Below are positions 27,927 through 37,349 of a stretch of DNA of 64,000 nucleotides, piece after piece; the stretch's first letter is position 1; each line of letters begins with the position of its first letter. Below the pieces are notes generated by a model, which was not told the origin of the DNA, did no database searches, and saw only the letters and a program-made list of their open reading frames with translations. The position numbers and the translations under genes are program-made. This DNA is from Bacteroidales bacterium (GTDB lineage Bacteria; Bacteroidota; Bacteroidia; Bacteroidales; UBA932): assembly GCA_017450165.1 (NCBI GenBank), contig JAFSWO010000105.1, forward strand, positions 13,131 to 77,130, in the 5' to 3' direction.

Positions 27927-30446
27927 TTACTTCTTTCTTACAGTTGCCCGGTCCTCATCACCCCAGGTAAAGGTAGTCTTGGTTACTCTCTCGTTGGTTG
28001 TTCCCTCCCAATACCATTCATCATACACACAACGGACATAGTTAGTGCCAGAAGTGCTGGTATTGGATGACAATGAAGCGCTGCTATTTCCGGCAGGAAC
28101 TGTAACGTACCCGTTATTACTCCAATAATTAGTACTATTGCCCGTATCACTACCTAACAGACGGGGAATCAGGTTGTCCTTTGTCAACTGCGCCATATAC
28201 GTAATCTCCGCCACAGTCGGCAAGCGCCAGCGACCTGCAGGATAACCGTCTTCCTGATACGATGCGCAGCGACGCTGAGCATTTGCGAAAGTCATCGGTT
28301 GGGTCGCACCGAATGACGATGCGATTCTGAATTTTGGCGCGATAAAATAACTATACTCAGCGCCTCCTGCGGGATAGTAATAGGTTATCGGGCGGGTTTC
28401 ATTTTGAACAGAAGCTTTGCTCTGACTCCATGTCTGTCCTAGATTATCGATGGTTCGGCTTCTCGGATCGCCTAACATATAGGTTGAAACCGCACCGGTA
28501 GTCGGAAGAACCGAAGTCTCGATGACATACATATTTGTATTCGTATTGCTCGAATTGCTTAAATCAGAAGGAGCAGACCCCAAATAATAATCCCATCCGT
28601 TCTGCTGGGAAGAGCTTGTCCAACTGCCGTCGACATTAATTGTCTGATTATACCAGGAACCGCTGGTATTCGTCCCGTTATCCTGTCCTCCATTGACATA
28701 GCCATAGCCACAATTCGAAGTACCGCCACTATTCTCCTCCGGCTTGATAATGATAGAGGGCCGCTGCTCAATAATAACGTCAGTGAAATAGAGGTTTGCC
28801 CCTTCTCCCTCATGACGCAACCGCATACGGATCGTATAAGGCGCCACGTCATAGTTATTGGCAGACATGTCCCGCTTCAGTGGATGGTTGAAGGTGACGC
28901 TGTCGCGACCATGAACGATCACGGACCAACCGTCAGAATCGGCCGCCTGGTTATACGTAAACGAATGAGAGGCGGGTGCCGGTGTCGCACTGCTATAGTT
29001 CGGACGCACCGCTATGATCTGGTTGCTGAGGGTCGTGGTGAAAGGATTGTAAATTCTCGGGTTGACACCGACGTAATTTGCATCTATTTCATGCGAAGAG
29101 GTGTACACGCCGCTGGCCACCGTAAAACCTACCACCTCCACATCGTGGCTCGATTGAATCGGGATGATAAGATTATCCTCGTTGTACAAGACATACTCGG
29201 TGGTCGGTACGTTCAAATAACGGGCCGTAATGACCGTTGCCGGCACAGAGGTGATACTGGTGATGTTCTCCTCGGTCACCTCTTCTATCGCGCCACACCA
29301 GGGGGCAATACCATAGTGGATGGTTACCTGCGGCGGATCAGCCTGCTCGGTACCCAGAATCTGCACGTCGATAGAAATGTGGTACCAGTGGTTGCGAAGC
29401 AGTTCATTGCCATGGAACGGAATCTTGTAGTAATACTTACGGGTCGTGTTGCCGTATTGCCAGGGAATGATGAGCTTCATGTACGGCTCCATGGACGATC
29501 CTGTCTCCCAGGACATCGGATAGGAATAGAAGGGCTTAATTTGTCCGATATGCCCCTCAAATACGCTGTCAATCGGCGTGTAAACCGGAACCTTGACCGA
29601 AACCGTAGCGTTGTTGATTTCCCGGCTGCGGCTGGTGGAGTCACCCGTAGCGTACAGTATAAAATCGTGATACTGCGAATAAACCACCGGTTCACCCGAG
29701 CCGAACGTCGCAGAGGCCGTTACCGGCACCGGCTCAGGCTCCGCTCCGAGTGAAGCTTTCCGCATGGGGTACACCATGTAGACAGACATATTTTTTTTGT
29801 CCGGTATCCACTGGTTGTCCTCGTCACCGACGGCCTGATCGGCCACCGTGACGGCGAAGGTCACTTTTGCTGCCACGCGGGCCATTCCCACGGTTGCATA
29901 AACCGGCGTCGAACCCTGCGCATTACCCAGCGTAAGCTGCATCTCGCCGGTCATCACGAAATCGGATTGAATATAGTTCCAATAGGAGTTTTCACCGACC
30001 GTCACGGAATTCTCCCACGTGGGGGCCGGAAGGAGCGAGCCCTTGATATCACTGATATTACGACTGCCGGGGGTTCCCTGATAGGTTCCGCCATTGTTGG
30101 TGAAGTTCGCCACTACGAACAATCCGCAGTGCGCACCTGAACCGGTCGTACCGAAGATGCTTTCAATGTCTGTCGGGTTGGTCTGAAGCTGTACCAAGGT
30201 ACCGTTTCGACGGACTTGAAGAACCTCCTTCGTGATCTCTCCGGTAGTTTCATTATAGAAAAATATGTCGATTCTCTCGGAGATGACGTTCTCATTCAGA
30301 GCCTCTTCTCCTTCCTTGGTGGCACGAGTCTCCGGATCAGCAATAACGAGGTTCAGGACAATTCCATCGATATACTCGGGAACATCCGGGACGCAGCCGA
30401 CAAAGGCCAGCAGTGCCAATGCAAATATGATGAGTTTAGTTCGCAT
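27927..30446 (-). CDS. Large pilin-like lipoprotein (839 aa) with a C-terminal FISUMP/DUF1566-like lectin-fold domain
   Basis: Lipobox AFVGC, with LNLVIADPETR at the N-terminus. The C-terminus has RCASYQEDGYPAGRWRLPTVAEITYMAQL...NYVRCVYDEWYW. Confidence 0.8.
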   Translation of the reverse strand: MRTKLIIFALALLAFVGCVPDVPEYIDGIVLNLVIADPETRATKEGEEALNENVISERIDIFFYNETTGEITKEVLQVRRNGTLVQLQTNPTDIESIFGTTGSGAHCGLFVVANFTNNGGTYQGTPGSRNISDIKGSLLPAPTWENSVTVGENSYWNYIQSDFVMTGEMQLTLGNAQGSTPVYATVGMARVAAKVTFAVTVADQAVGDEDNQWIPDKKNMSVYMVYPMRKASLGAEPEPVPVTASATFGSGEPVVYSQYHDFILYATGDSTSRSREINNATVSVKVPVYTPIDSVFEGHIGQIKPFYSYPMSWETGSSMEPYMKLIIPWQYGNTTRKYYYKIPFHGNELLRNHWYHISIDVQILGTEQADPPQVTIHYGIAPWCGAIEEVTEENITSITSVPATVITARYLNVPTTEYVLYNEDNLIIPIQSSHDVEVVGFTVASGVYTSSHEIDANYVGVNPRIYNPFTTTLSNQIIAVRPNYSSATPAPASHSFTYNQAADSDGWSVIVHGRDSVTFNHPLKRDMSANNYDVAPYTIRMRLRHEGEGANLYFTDVIIEQRPSIIIKPEENSGGTSNCGYGYVNGGQDNGTNTSGSWYNQTINVDGSWTSSSQQNGWDYYLGSAPSDLSNSSNTNTNMYVIETSVLPTTGAVSTYMLGDPRSRTIDNLGQTWSQSKASVQNETRPITYYYPAGGAEYSYFIAPKFRIASSFGATQPMTFANAQRRCASYQEDGYPAGRWRLPTVAEITYMAQLTKDNLIPRLLGSDTGNSTNYWSNNGYVTVPAGNSSASLSSNTSTSGTNYVRCVYDEWYWEGTTNERVTKTTFTWGDEDRATVRKK

Positions 30447-31917
30447 CCAATACTAGTCTAATGTTTTTCCGGTTGAATTCAGAGTTTGCATCGTGCCATT
30501 CACCGTTGAAGTAGATGGCCACGTTGAAAAAGAGTGTCTGGGTGGTAGTCGGAGAGAGATCGTTATTTGGCTTCACGGTGAATTCCACTTTACCGTTTTC
30601 CGTGAAGGCGTCAATCTCGCCGGAAGTCGGTTCGATCTCGAAGTATTGTGCCGCAGAGAGCGGATAAGCCGTTATTTGCCAACGACCGGAGGTCGGAGCC
30701 TCTATATAGAAACGGCCCTTCATTACCTCGGTATTGGTCCTGAATCGCATTGTCTTAGCCGACCATTCTTCAGTCGTCGGCTCCGTGGAATATGATTCTG
30801 TGGTACTGTTGTAGCGATAAAATGCCAACACACCATCCTTGAACATACCGCTTCGCGCGGAGATGGAGTGATCGGAGTAATCCCAGTCATACGCCTCATA
30901 TTCCCAAGGCAGCACGCGCGTATAGATCTCGATGGAACTTCTCTTGAACTGAAGCATCAGAGAGTATTTCGTACCGGCATCCATACCTACGAAGTTGTCT
31001 TTGAAGAACTTCTGGCGGGAAAGGACAACGGATGCGGTCAGGTCGGCCGACAGATTGTCATTGTTGTCAAGCACATTGTATTCTACGACCAGGCGGGCGT
31101 TCGTATCCAGCTCCATATAGGTCTGGGGCCACATCAGGATATAATCCGTCAGATTCAGAATCGTTTCCTGATTGATGTAAACACTTCCTGCCGGATCTGC
31201 CGACTGGAAAAGCACCGTGCTCACGGAGTCGATATTGGCCGTGGCAACCTGTACGGTGGCGGCGGAGTAGTCAATCGTAGCGCTGCGCTTGTTCTTCATT
31301 CCCACGAGGGTGACTCTCTTAAGATAGACGGTGTTGCCGGAGGTATTCTGAACCTCGAGGTTCATCGCCGTGAAGAGGTGATGATGCTTCAGGCTGATGG
31401 GGGTGTTCGCCTTGTGGGTTTGTGCGGGAACCGTGATCACGTCGGAATACATGAAGTCGAACAGCGGCGTGGAAGCGTCCATCACCTTCTGGGGAATGGT
31501 CAGGACCTGCGTGCTTGCATTGTAAGAGGTTCCGGCCCCGAAGAATTCTTCCTCGTACATGCCGAGCGTGTTATCATAGTGGAGCCAGGAGAAGAACTTG
31601 TGGGTACCGTCGGCCGTCCAGGGATAGGTCCGGCTCGAACCGTAGTTCCAGACAGGACTGCCCGCGAAGACCAGCGAGTCATTGATGTAATACGGATTCT
31701 CTGCGCTCATCCAGGAGACATTCCCCGAGAATCCGGTGAGAACGTCAAAGACGCGCAACTTGTTGCCGGTGCTGTTGAGCGCAGTGGAGTCCATCATGGC
31801 TCGGGTAGGGCCGGCGTTCACTGCAGAGAAGGAGATGGTTCCCTCGCCGAAGTAATCCTTGCCGCAGGAGACTACCGACAGCACAACAACGATCAGGTAT
31901 AGTACTTTTCTTCTCAT
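30436..31917 (-). CDS. Fimbrillin-family (type V pilin-like) lipoprotein, 493 aa
   Basis: The start is trimmed to the ATG at 31917 (MRRKVLYLIVVVLSVVSC); the track start is a TTG. It contains TISFSAVNAGPTR and LKHHHLFTAMNLEV. Confidence 0.8.
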   Translation of the reverse strand: MRRKVLYLIVVVLSVVSCGKDYFGEGTISFSAVNAGPTRAMMDSTALNSTGNKLRVFDVLTGFSGNVSWMSAENPYYINDSLVFAGSPVWNYGSSRTYPWTADGTHKFFSWLHYDNTLGMYEEEFFGAGTSYNASTQVLTIPQKVMDASTPLFDFMYSDVITVPAQTHKANTPISLKHHHLFTAMNLEVQNTSGNTVYLKRVTLVGMKNKRSATIDYSAATVQVATANIDSVSTVLFQSADPAGSVYINQETILNLTDYILMWPQTYMELDTNARLVVEYNVLDNNDNLSADLTASVVLSRQKFFKDNFVGMDAGTKYSLMLQFKRSSIEIYTRVLPWEYEAYDWDYSDHSISARSGMFKDGVLAFYRYNSTTESYSTEPTTEEWSAKTMRFRTNTEVMKGRFYIEAPTSGRWQITAYPLSAAQYFEIEPTSGEIDAFTENGKVEFTVKPNNDLSPTTTQTLFFNVAIYFNGEWHDANSEFNRKNIRLVLDAN

Positions 31918-31926
31918 TATTCTCAA

Positions 31927-32901
31927 TTACTCAACCGTAACACCAGCTTCCGCGGCCGTCCAGACGTCCGTGGTGGCGGTAAAGGTGATATTGTCGTTCA
32001 GTCCGATGCTGAGTGTGTAAATATATTTTTTACCGGGTTCCCATTGCGTAATCGTACCACGAAGCGGAATGGTAACCGGAGCGTTTTCAAATGTAAAGGT
32101 AGCAGAATTTAACGTTTGAGCAATACTATAGCTCACGGTAAGTGACGCTGTAGCGTCAACTGCTGAAGAAAGTGTCTGCGGCAAAAAGAGATATGTGCAG
32201 ACCGTATCGATATCCGGTTCGTTCTGGGCGTTATAGGTCAGCGCCAGGGACGCGTTGGACAGGAATGTAAAATCATGGAGACTCTCCTGGTTGGACCAGG
32301 TGCCGTCGGCAAAGTCCCCGACAGTATATATATTATTGAGGGACAAGCCCTTGAGGGACAGATTCACCGTGCTGTTGGCGTTGTTATAGTAATCTGCCGC
32401 TTTCACGCGGAATACCACCTGCGAAAGTGCGTGTGAGAAAGTCAAAGGAACACTTTCCGGATGCGTGGAGCAGTCTGCAACCGTCGCGGTTGCGTAGCAG
32501 AGGTCCGTCGTCATCTCGGTGGTGGATTGTACGGTGTAATCAGTGGCGGTAACGCCGTTTGTCTGATCGATGCTCAGGCCGGTTGCGCTAGCCGGACTGT
32601 ATGCTTTGAATGTGAGGGAGCCGCCCAGGGGCCAGTACTGGTCGGTAGATGTTGCCCAGAGGGCTATGGTAGAATTGTATGAGGCTTCAAGACGCTCAAA
32701 ATACGGTGCGGCACCATCGTGAAAAGCACTCACGACGAAATGCTCCGTTTCAGGATAGACCGTGCCTGTAATGATAGCCCTCGTTGCTTTGGAAGCTACC
32801 GGCGCAAAGGAGATCTTACTGGAGGTGATCTCCGATATCGTGCAGGCCGAAAGCAGGAATGCGGCCGCAACGACAGTCAGGTATGCGTGTCTTGTTTTCA
32901 T
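31927..32901 (-). CDS. Fimbrillin-family type V pilin lipoprotein
   Basis: Lipobox LLSAC. It contains KISFAPVASKATR, FKAYSPAS, LTFSHALSQVVFRV and C-terminal ITFTATTDVW. Confidence 0.85.
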   Translation of the reverse strand: MKTRHAYLTVVAAAFLLSACTISEITSSKISFAPVASKATRAIITGTVYPETEHFVVSAFHDGAAPYFERLEASYNSTIALWATSTDQYWPLGGSLTFKAYSPASATGLSIDQTNGVTATDYTVQSTTEMTTDLCYATATVADCSTHPESVPLTFSHALSQVVFRVKAADYYNNANSTVNLSLKGLSLNNIYTVGDFADGTWSNQESLHDFTFLSNASLALTYNAQNEPDIDTVCTYLFLPQTLSSAVDATASLTVSYSIAQTLNSATFTFENAPVTIPLRGTITQWEPGKKYIYTLSIGLNDNITFTATTDVWTAAEAGVTVE

Positions 32902-32909
32902 ACGATTCT

Positions 32910-33947
32910 CTATTCGTCCAGAATAATTTCACGGGTCTCGACCCAGTCTGTGACAGCCAGGCTTAAAACGCTGCTTTCCAGACCGACAGCGAGTCGGAAC
33001 GTGTATTTGTAATGAGGAAGCCACTTCTGGCAGCAGTTCCAAATGGGAAGATGTGCTTCACCGGGGACCTCGTAGGTCAGGTCTTGAAGGACATTTCCGG
33101 TTGTCAGGTCCGTCAACGTGGAATGCACGACGGTACGGTGCCATTCGTCGATCCGGGCCGTTTCCGGCAGGAGTTGCGGAATCAGCAGCAGCGGATCCAG
33201 CGGAGTGAGGACCGGCGTGTTGTGGTTGTCGCACTCCAGCGCCAGGCCGGAGGGTTTGTTGAAAATGGTGTAGGTGGTCACGGAAGGGTTGGTTATCCAG
33301 CCCATAGGTTCCTGGGTAAAGTGACCTTCGCAGATCACGCCCGAAATCTTTACGGAATCGAGCACCACGGTCATTTGGTCGGATTGCAGCAGGTTCTCGG
33401 AAACCAGCAGTTTGGAGTATTGCTTCAAGGGGCGGACCTTGATGCAGACCTGCGTGAGCGCGTGATCGAACACGATCGGAACCACGGCGGAGTGCAGTTT
33501 GCAATTCTCGGTGGTTTTCGCGTAGCAGAGGTCTACCTGCGCCTCTTCGAACGAAGAGATGGACCAATCGGTTTCAACGCCCTTTTCGGGGCTGATTCTA
33601 ATTTGCGGAATAGCGGGAGAAGCGGCGTAGAAGACGACATCGCCATCGTGCGGCCAGAGAAACTCCTCCGTAGGACGCCACCAGGAATCTTTTGCGTCGA
33701 ATTCAATTCTCGCTCCCGACATGTAGATATTATCCCAGTCGTTATCAAGTCCTTGAGGGTAATGGACCGCCTCCACGACAAACGGAATATCCTGCGGATA
33801 GCTTGTCGAGCTGATGATGCACTTGGTGTGCGAAGCCACAGCGGAGAACACGATCTTGTCTCCCGGCATCGGATAGCGGGAATTGATCGTGCACGATGCG
33901 GTCAGCAGTGCAACATTCAACAGGATGATTGCGAGTCTTTTACCCAT
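32910..33947 (-). CDS. Fimbrillin-family type V pilin lipoprotein
   Basis: The start is trimmed to MGKRLAIILLNVALLTASC. It contains KIVFSAVASHTK, FYAASPA, IVFDHALTQVCIKV and C-terminal LAVTDWVE. Confidence 0.85.
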   Translation of the reverse strand: MGKRLAIILLNVALLTASCTINSRYPMPGDKIVFSAVASHTKCIISSTSYPQDIPFVVEAVHYPQGLDNDWDNIYMSGARIEFDAKDSWWRPTEEFLWPHDGDVVFYAASPAIPQIRISPEKGVETDWSISSFEEAQVDLCYAKTTENCKLHSAVVPIVFDHALTQVCIKVRPLKQYSKLLVSENLLQSDQMTVVLDSVKISGVICEGHFTQEPMGWITNPSVTTYTIFNKPSGLALECDNHNTPVLTPLDPLLLIPQLLPETARIDEWHRTVVHSTLTDLTTGNVLQDLTYEVPGEAHLPIWNCCQKWLPHYKYTFRLAVGLESSVLSLAVTDWVETREIILDE

Positions 33948-33963
33948 AACACTATCCCCTTCC

Positions 33964-33997
33964 CGGACGGGGTGCGCGGGGAATTGCACCCCGTCCG
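33964..33997 (-). promoter_or_regulatory. Perfect 12-bp GC-rich stem-loop inside the pilus operon, a candidate attenuator or RNA-stabilising/processing structure
   Basis: The sequence is cggacggggtgc gcggggaatt gcaccccgtccg. It sits in the only sizeable intergenic gap (88 nt) of the operon, and no U-tract follows it on the minus strand. Confidence 0.55.
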
Positions 33998-34035
33998 TTG
34001 GGAGATGATTTATATAAACAATCGATTCTCAGGCA

Positions 34036-35121
34036 TTACAGCAGTACTGCGTTGACGGCGTCGATGGTGATACCGGAGATATCCTCGGTATCCCAGCCTT
34101 CAACAAGGGGTGAGAACATGATCTCGTTGTTGGCACCGTCAAGGGAGATGCCGATATGGAAGACATAACGCTTGCCGTTCTGGAACTTGTTGGCGCTTAT
34201 CTTGCCATAGATGGGGATGTTGACGGTCTGGGTAGGAGTTGCAGGATAGTCGAAGCCGTTGATGGTATAAGCGGCGATGCTGTATTGGACCTCGATGACC
34301 TGATCTGCTGCAGTGCCGGTGACAACGTTGTCGGGAATGACTACAAATGCTGCGCTGTTGTCGATTGATGCCACGAAGGATGCCCCGGAGAGATAACTCT
34401 CAGTCTCCTGAAGGACCTCGCTGCCCTGGAAGGAAACGAAGTCTGCGGTGGTGTTGATGTTGCTCCATGCGCCCTTGCCGATGGTCGTGCTCTTGGTGTA
34501 GTCACCGCTGGTGTGCAGGTTCTTGAAGGTAACCTTCTCGATGGAGATCTTGCCCTTCAGACTCTCGGTGGTGGTGGCGTCGAAAGCGGTAACTGCGATC
34601 TGGCTGGTGATGTGCTTGAACACAAGGTTTACCGTGGGCTTCGAGGTTGCCATCTGGGCGAGGGTGGTAGCTACGAGGGGGTCGATCTGGCTGCCGATAG
34701 CGGTACCGAGGCTCACACCGGTCAAGTTGATTCCCTTGGGCTCGGTTGCAGAGTCGAAGGTGGCGTTGAGGCTGCCGGGATAGTATGCGTAGAAGTCTAC
34801 GGTACCGGTAGCAGGCCAGAGGTATGTACCTGTAGTAGCCTTCCAGTCACCGCCCTGATTGGAGATGTTCACATCGTCCATAAGGGGAGTGGCGTAGTTG
34901 TAGGAACTTCCGTCAAGAGCTGCAAATGCATACACGTTGAAGGACTCCGTGGTGGGGAAAGCAAGCTGCTCGGGGCTGTTGCTGTCCGGGAGGATAAGTG
35001 CCTTCGTGGTGAGGGCATTGGGAGCGAAGTCGATAGGAGAATTCGCGGGAACGGTGAATTCGTTCTTGGAGCAGGCTGCAAATGCGAGAACTGCTGCTGC
35101 GATGATGAATACTTTTTTCAT
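34036..35121 (-). CDS. Fimbrillin-family type V pilin lipoprotein, stalk-type candidate
   Basis: Lipobox AFAACS. It contains PIDFAPNALTTK, FYAYYPG and LVFKHITSQIAV. Confidence 0.85.
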   Translation of the reverse strand: MKKVFIIAAAVLAFAACSKNEFTVPANSPIDFAPNALTTKALILPDSNSPEQLAFPTTESFNVYAFAALDGSSYNYATPLMDDVNISNQGGDWKATTGTYLWPATGTVDFYAYYPGSLNATFDSATEPKGINLTGVSLGTAIGSQIDPLVATTLAQMATSKPTVNLVFKHITSQIAVTAFDATTTESLKGKISIEKVTFKNLHTSGDYTKSTTIGKGAWSNINTTADFVSFQGSEVLQETESYLSGASFVASIDNSAAFVVIPDNVVTGTAADQVIEVQYSIAAYTINGFDYPATPTQTVNIPIYGKISANKFQNGKRYVFHIGISLDGANNEIMFSPLVEGWDTEDISGITIDAVNAVLL

Positions 35122-35143
35122 TTTGTTTGAGAATATTATGCTA

Positions 35144-36178
35144 TTACTTAACTGTGATTTGGGTGGGCTGAGGATCTGCGGCTACCCAGTCAACCATGGT
35201 AGGATTGAAGTAAATCTTGTTGAGGTCGATGACGATGTTGTAGTTGTAAATCTTGTTCTGCTCCCATGCGGTGACATCCGTGGTGCGGAGGTCAACGGTC
35301 ACGGTCTTCGAACCCAGATCGACGCCGCTCTTCTCGAGGGAGTAGGTGATGTCGAACTGCTGGGTTGCTGCGACAAGAGACTGGGGAACCATCATGTTGG
35401 CATTGCCGAACGCGGCGAAATCAGCAGAGTAGTTGGGAGCGACGACATCGCTGCCCTCGCTGTCATAATCAGCGTCAACCGTTGCGCTGCCCCAAACCGG
35501 CGTGTCGTCGGTGACGGTGAGGGTACCGGTGGAGTAAGCGTTGAAAACGATGCTGTTCACGGTAACGGTGTAGTCATCGAGACCGTCGGCCTTCTTGACA
35601 AGGAACTTCACCTGGGAAAGAGCGTGGTGGAAAATCATGTTGACACCGGTGAGGGTGCTGGTTGTGATCTCGGAGGTATAGGTGCTCTGGTTGTCAGAAA
35701 GATCCTTCTGGGTGGTTGCCCACATAAGGTCGGTCTGTGCTGCAGTCGTGCCGGCCGCAACATAGTTTGTGACGGTCATGACCTTGGTTCCTGGCGCATA
35801 GGCGACCTTGGAAGCCTCGGCGTAAGGTGAAAATCCCGTGAAGGTAAGGCTACCGGAAAGGGGCCAGTAATAAACGCTGGCGGGTTCCCAGATGAGATCG
35901 GTGCTGTTGTAGGAAATTTCAACCTTATCCATATAAGCCTGGCCGTCAGCGCTGTTGGCAGCCCACGTTTTACCATCGGTAAGAGCATAGCAGAAAACGC
36001 CGAAAGTAGGATCGGTAGTCTTGTAGACAGTACCGCTGAGAGGAGTTCTCGTGGCCGGGCCGGACACGGTGTTGAAGTTGATCTCGCGAGCTTTCCGGCT
36101 CTGCGGATCCAGCGTGTTGTGCGAGCAGGATGCGAGTGCTAAGACTGCAATGGCTGCGATTGCGAAAAACTTTTTCAT
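35144..36178 (-). CDS. Fimbrillin-family type V pilin lipoprotein, stalk-type candidate
   Basis: The start is trimmed to MKKFFAIAAIAVLALASCS. It contains EINFNTVSGPATR, FTGFSPY, MIFHHALSQVKFLV and C-terminal IYFNPTMVDWV. Confidence 0.85.
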   Translation of the reverse strand: MKKFFAIAAIAVLALASCSHNTLDPQSRKAREINFNTVSGPATRTPLSGTVYKTTDPTFGVFCYALTDGKTWAANSADGQAYMDKVEISYNSTDLIWEPASVYYWPLSGSLTFTGFSPYAEASKVAYAPGTKVMTVTNYVAAGTTAAQTDLMWATTQKDLSDNQSTYTSEITTSTLTGVNMIFHHALSQVKFLVKKADGLDDYTVTVNSIVFNAYSTGTLTVTDDTPVWGSATVDADYDSEGSDVVAPNYSADFAAFGNANMMVPQSLVAATQQFDITYSLEKSGVDLGSKTVTVDLRTTDVTAWEQNKIYNYNIVIDLNKIYFNPTMVDWVAADPQPTQITVK

Positions 36179-36211
36179 AATGGAATTATTGTTTGTTACT
36201 TTTTCCATGAA

Positions 36212-37309
36212 TTAGTCGAGAATGTTGATGGTCTGGACATCCACCTCTACCCAGTCGGTAACCGTCGGGTTGAAGGTGATTTCATTGAGCTTGAAGCAAA
36301 GGGTGTAGTTGTACTTCTTACCTGCTTCCCAAGCTGCGATAGCCTGAGCGGGATCGAGTTCACTGCCGGCCTCTTTCACTGCCATCCAAGGAGCGGCAAC
36401 GGTAACGGTACCGGTGATAGGAGCATACGTCTTCTGCTTCATGGTGTACTTGATGGTGATCGTCGTACCTTCGAGAACGTCGGCCGTTGCAGGATCATCA
36501 GCGTTCGCTGCCTGAGGGATCATGACGAGTGCGCGGCCATAGAGATCAGCTGCTGCATCGTTAGCTGCATAGTTCACAACCTGGGTCGTGTTGAAGTAAG
36601 TCAGATTCTCAGTCTGAGCTGCATTGTCTGCCCAAGCAATGGCATCGTTGGCGTAAGTGACATCACCGGAGAGGTCAATGTTGTTGATAGCGATGCTGTC
36701 GACTTTGAATTCAACCTCATCCAGCGTGTAGTCATAGTCGGTACGAACGCGGAACTGAATCTGCGAAAGAGCGTGCTTGAAAACCAGCGGAAGTGCATCT
36801 GCACGACGTGCGCCCTCGTTGGTTGCGAACATCAGGTCGGTAGAATCCTTGCCGGTAACGGTGTAATCTGCAATCGTTGCCTGCGGCTTCTTGTTGGTAG
36901 CATCCCAGCCGGTGGTGGTGGGAGCTACGGTCGACGGGTGGACGGCGAGGAAGCTGATCTTGCCGGTGAACGGCCAATAGTAGTAGTTGTCAGCATTACG
37001 CCATGCCTCGGCACGGCTGTCACGGCCGCCTGTCCAGGAGATGGTCAGGTTGGTCATGAAATTGGAAGCATCGTCCGTTACAAATTCGGAGAAGTCCCCT
37101 TCCGGAGACTGCCAGCCCCAAACGTTGAAGGTGTTGTCGGTGCCGTAGGTGGTACCAGAGATGATCGCGTCATTGGCGCGGGTTGCCAGACGAGTTACGG
37201 CGTTGAAACCGATTTCGTTGTCCCGAGTCTGATTGACAGGCTCGATGTTGCTGCAGGATGCGAACACTGCGAGTGTTGCCGCTGCGAGAATCAATTGAGT
37301 TTTTTTCAT
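36212..37309 (-). CDS. Fimbrillin-family type V pilin lipoprotein, stalk-type candidate
   Basis: Lipobox VFASCS. It contains EIGFNAVTRLATR, FLAVHPS, LVFKHALSQIQFRV and C-terminal ITFNPTVTDWVE. Confidence 0.85.
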   Translation of the reverse strand: MKKTQLILAAATLAVFASCSNIEPVNQTRDNEIGFNAVTRLATRANDAIISGTTYGTDNTFNVWGWQSPEGDFSEFVTDDASNFMTNLTISWTGGRDSRAEAWRNADNYYYWPFTGKISFLAVHPSTVAPTTTGWDATNKKPQATIADYTVTGKDSTDLMFATNEGARRADALPLVFKHALSQIQFRVRTDYDYTLDEVEFKVDSIAINNIDLSGDVTYANDAIAWADNAAQTENLTYFNTTQVVNYAANDAAADLYGRALVMIPQAANADDPATADVLEGTTITIKYTMKQKTYAPITGTVTVAAPWMAVKEAGSELDPAQAIAAWEAGKKYNYTLCFKLNEITFNPTVTDWVEVDVQTINILD

Positions 37310-37349
37310 GATGTTTGATTGTTTATAAAAATGGTTAATAGTTTCGTTT

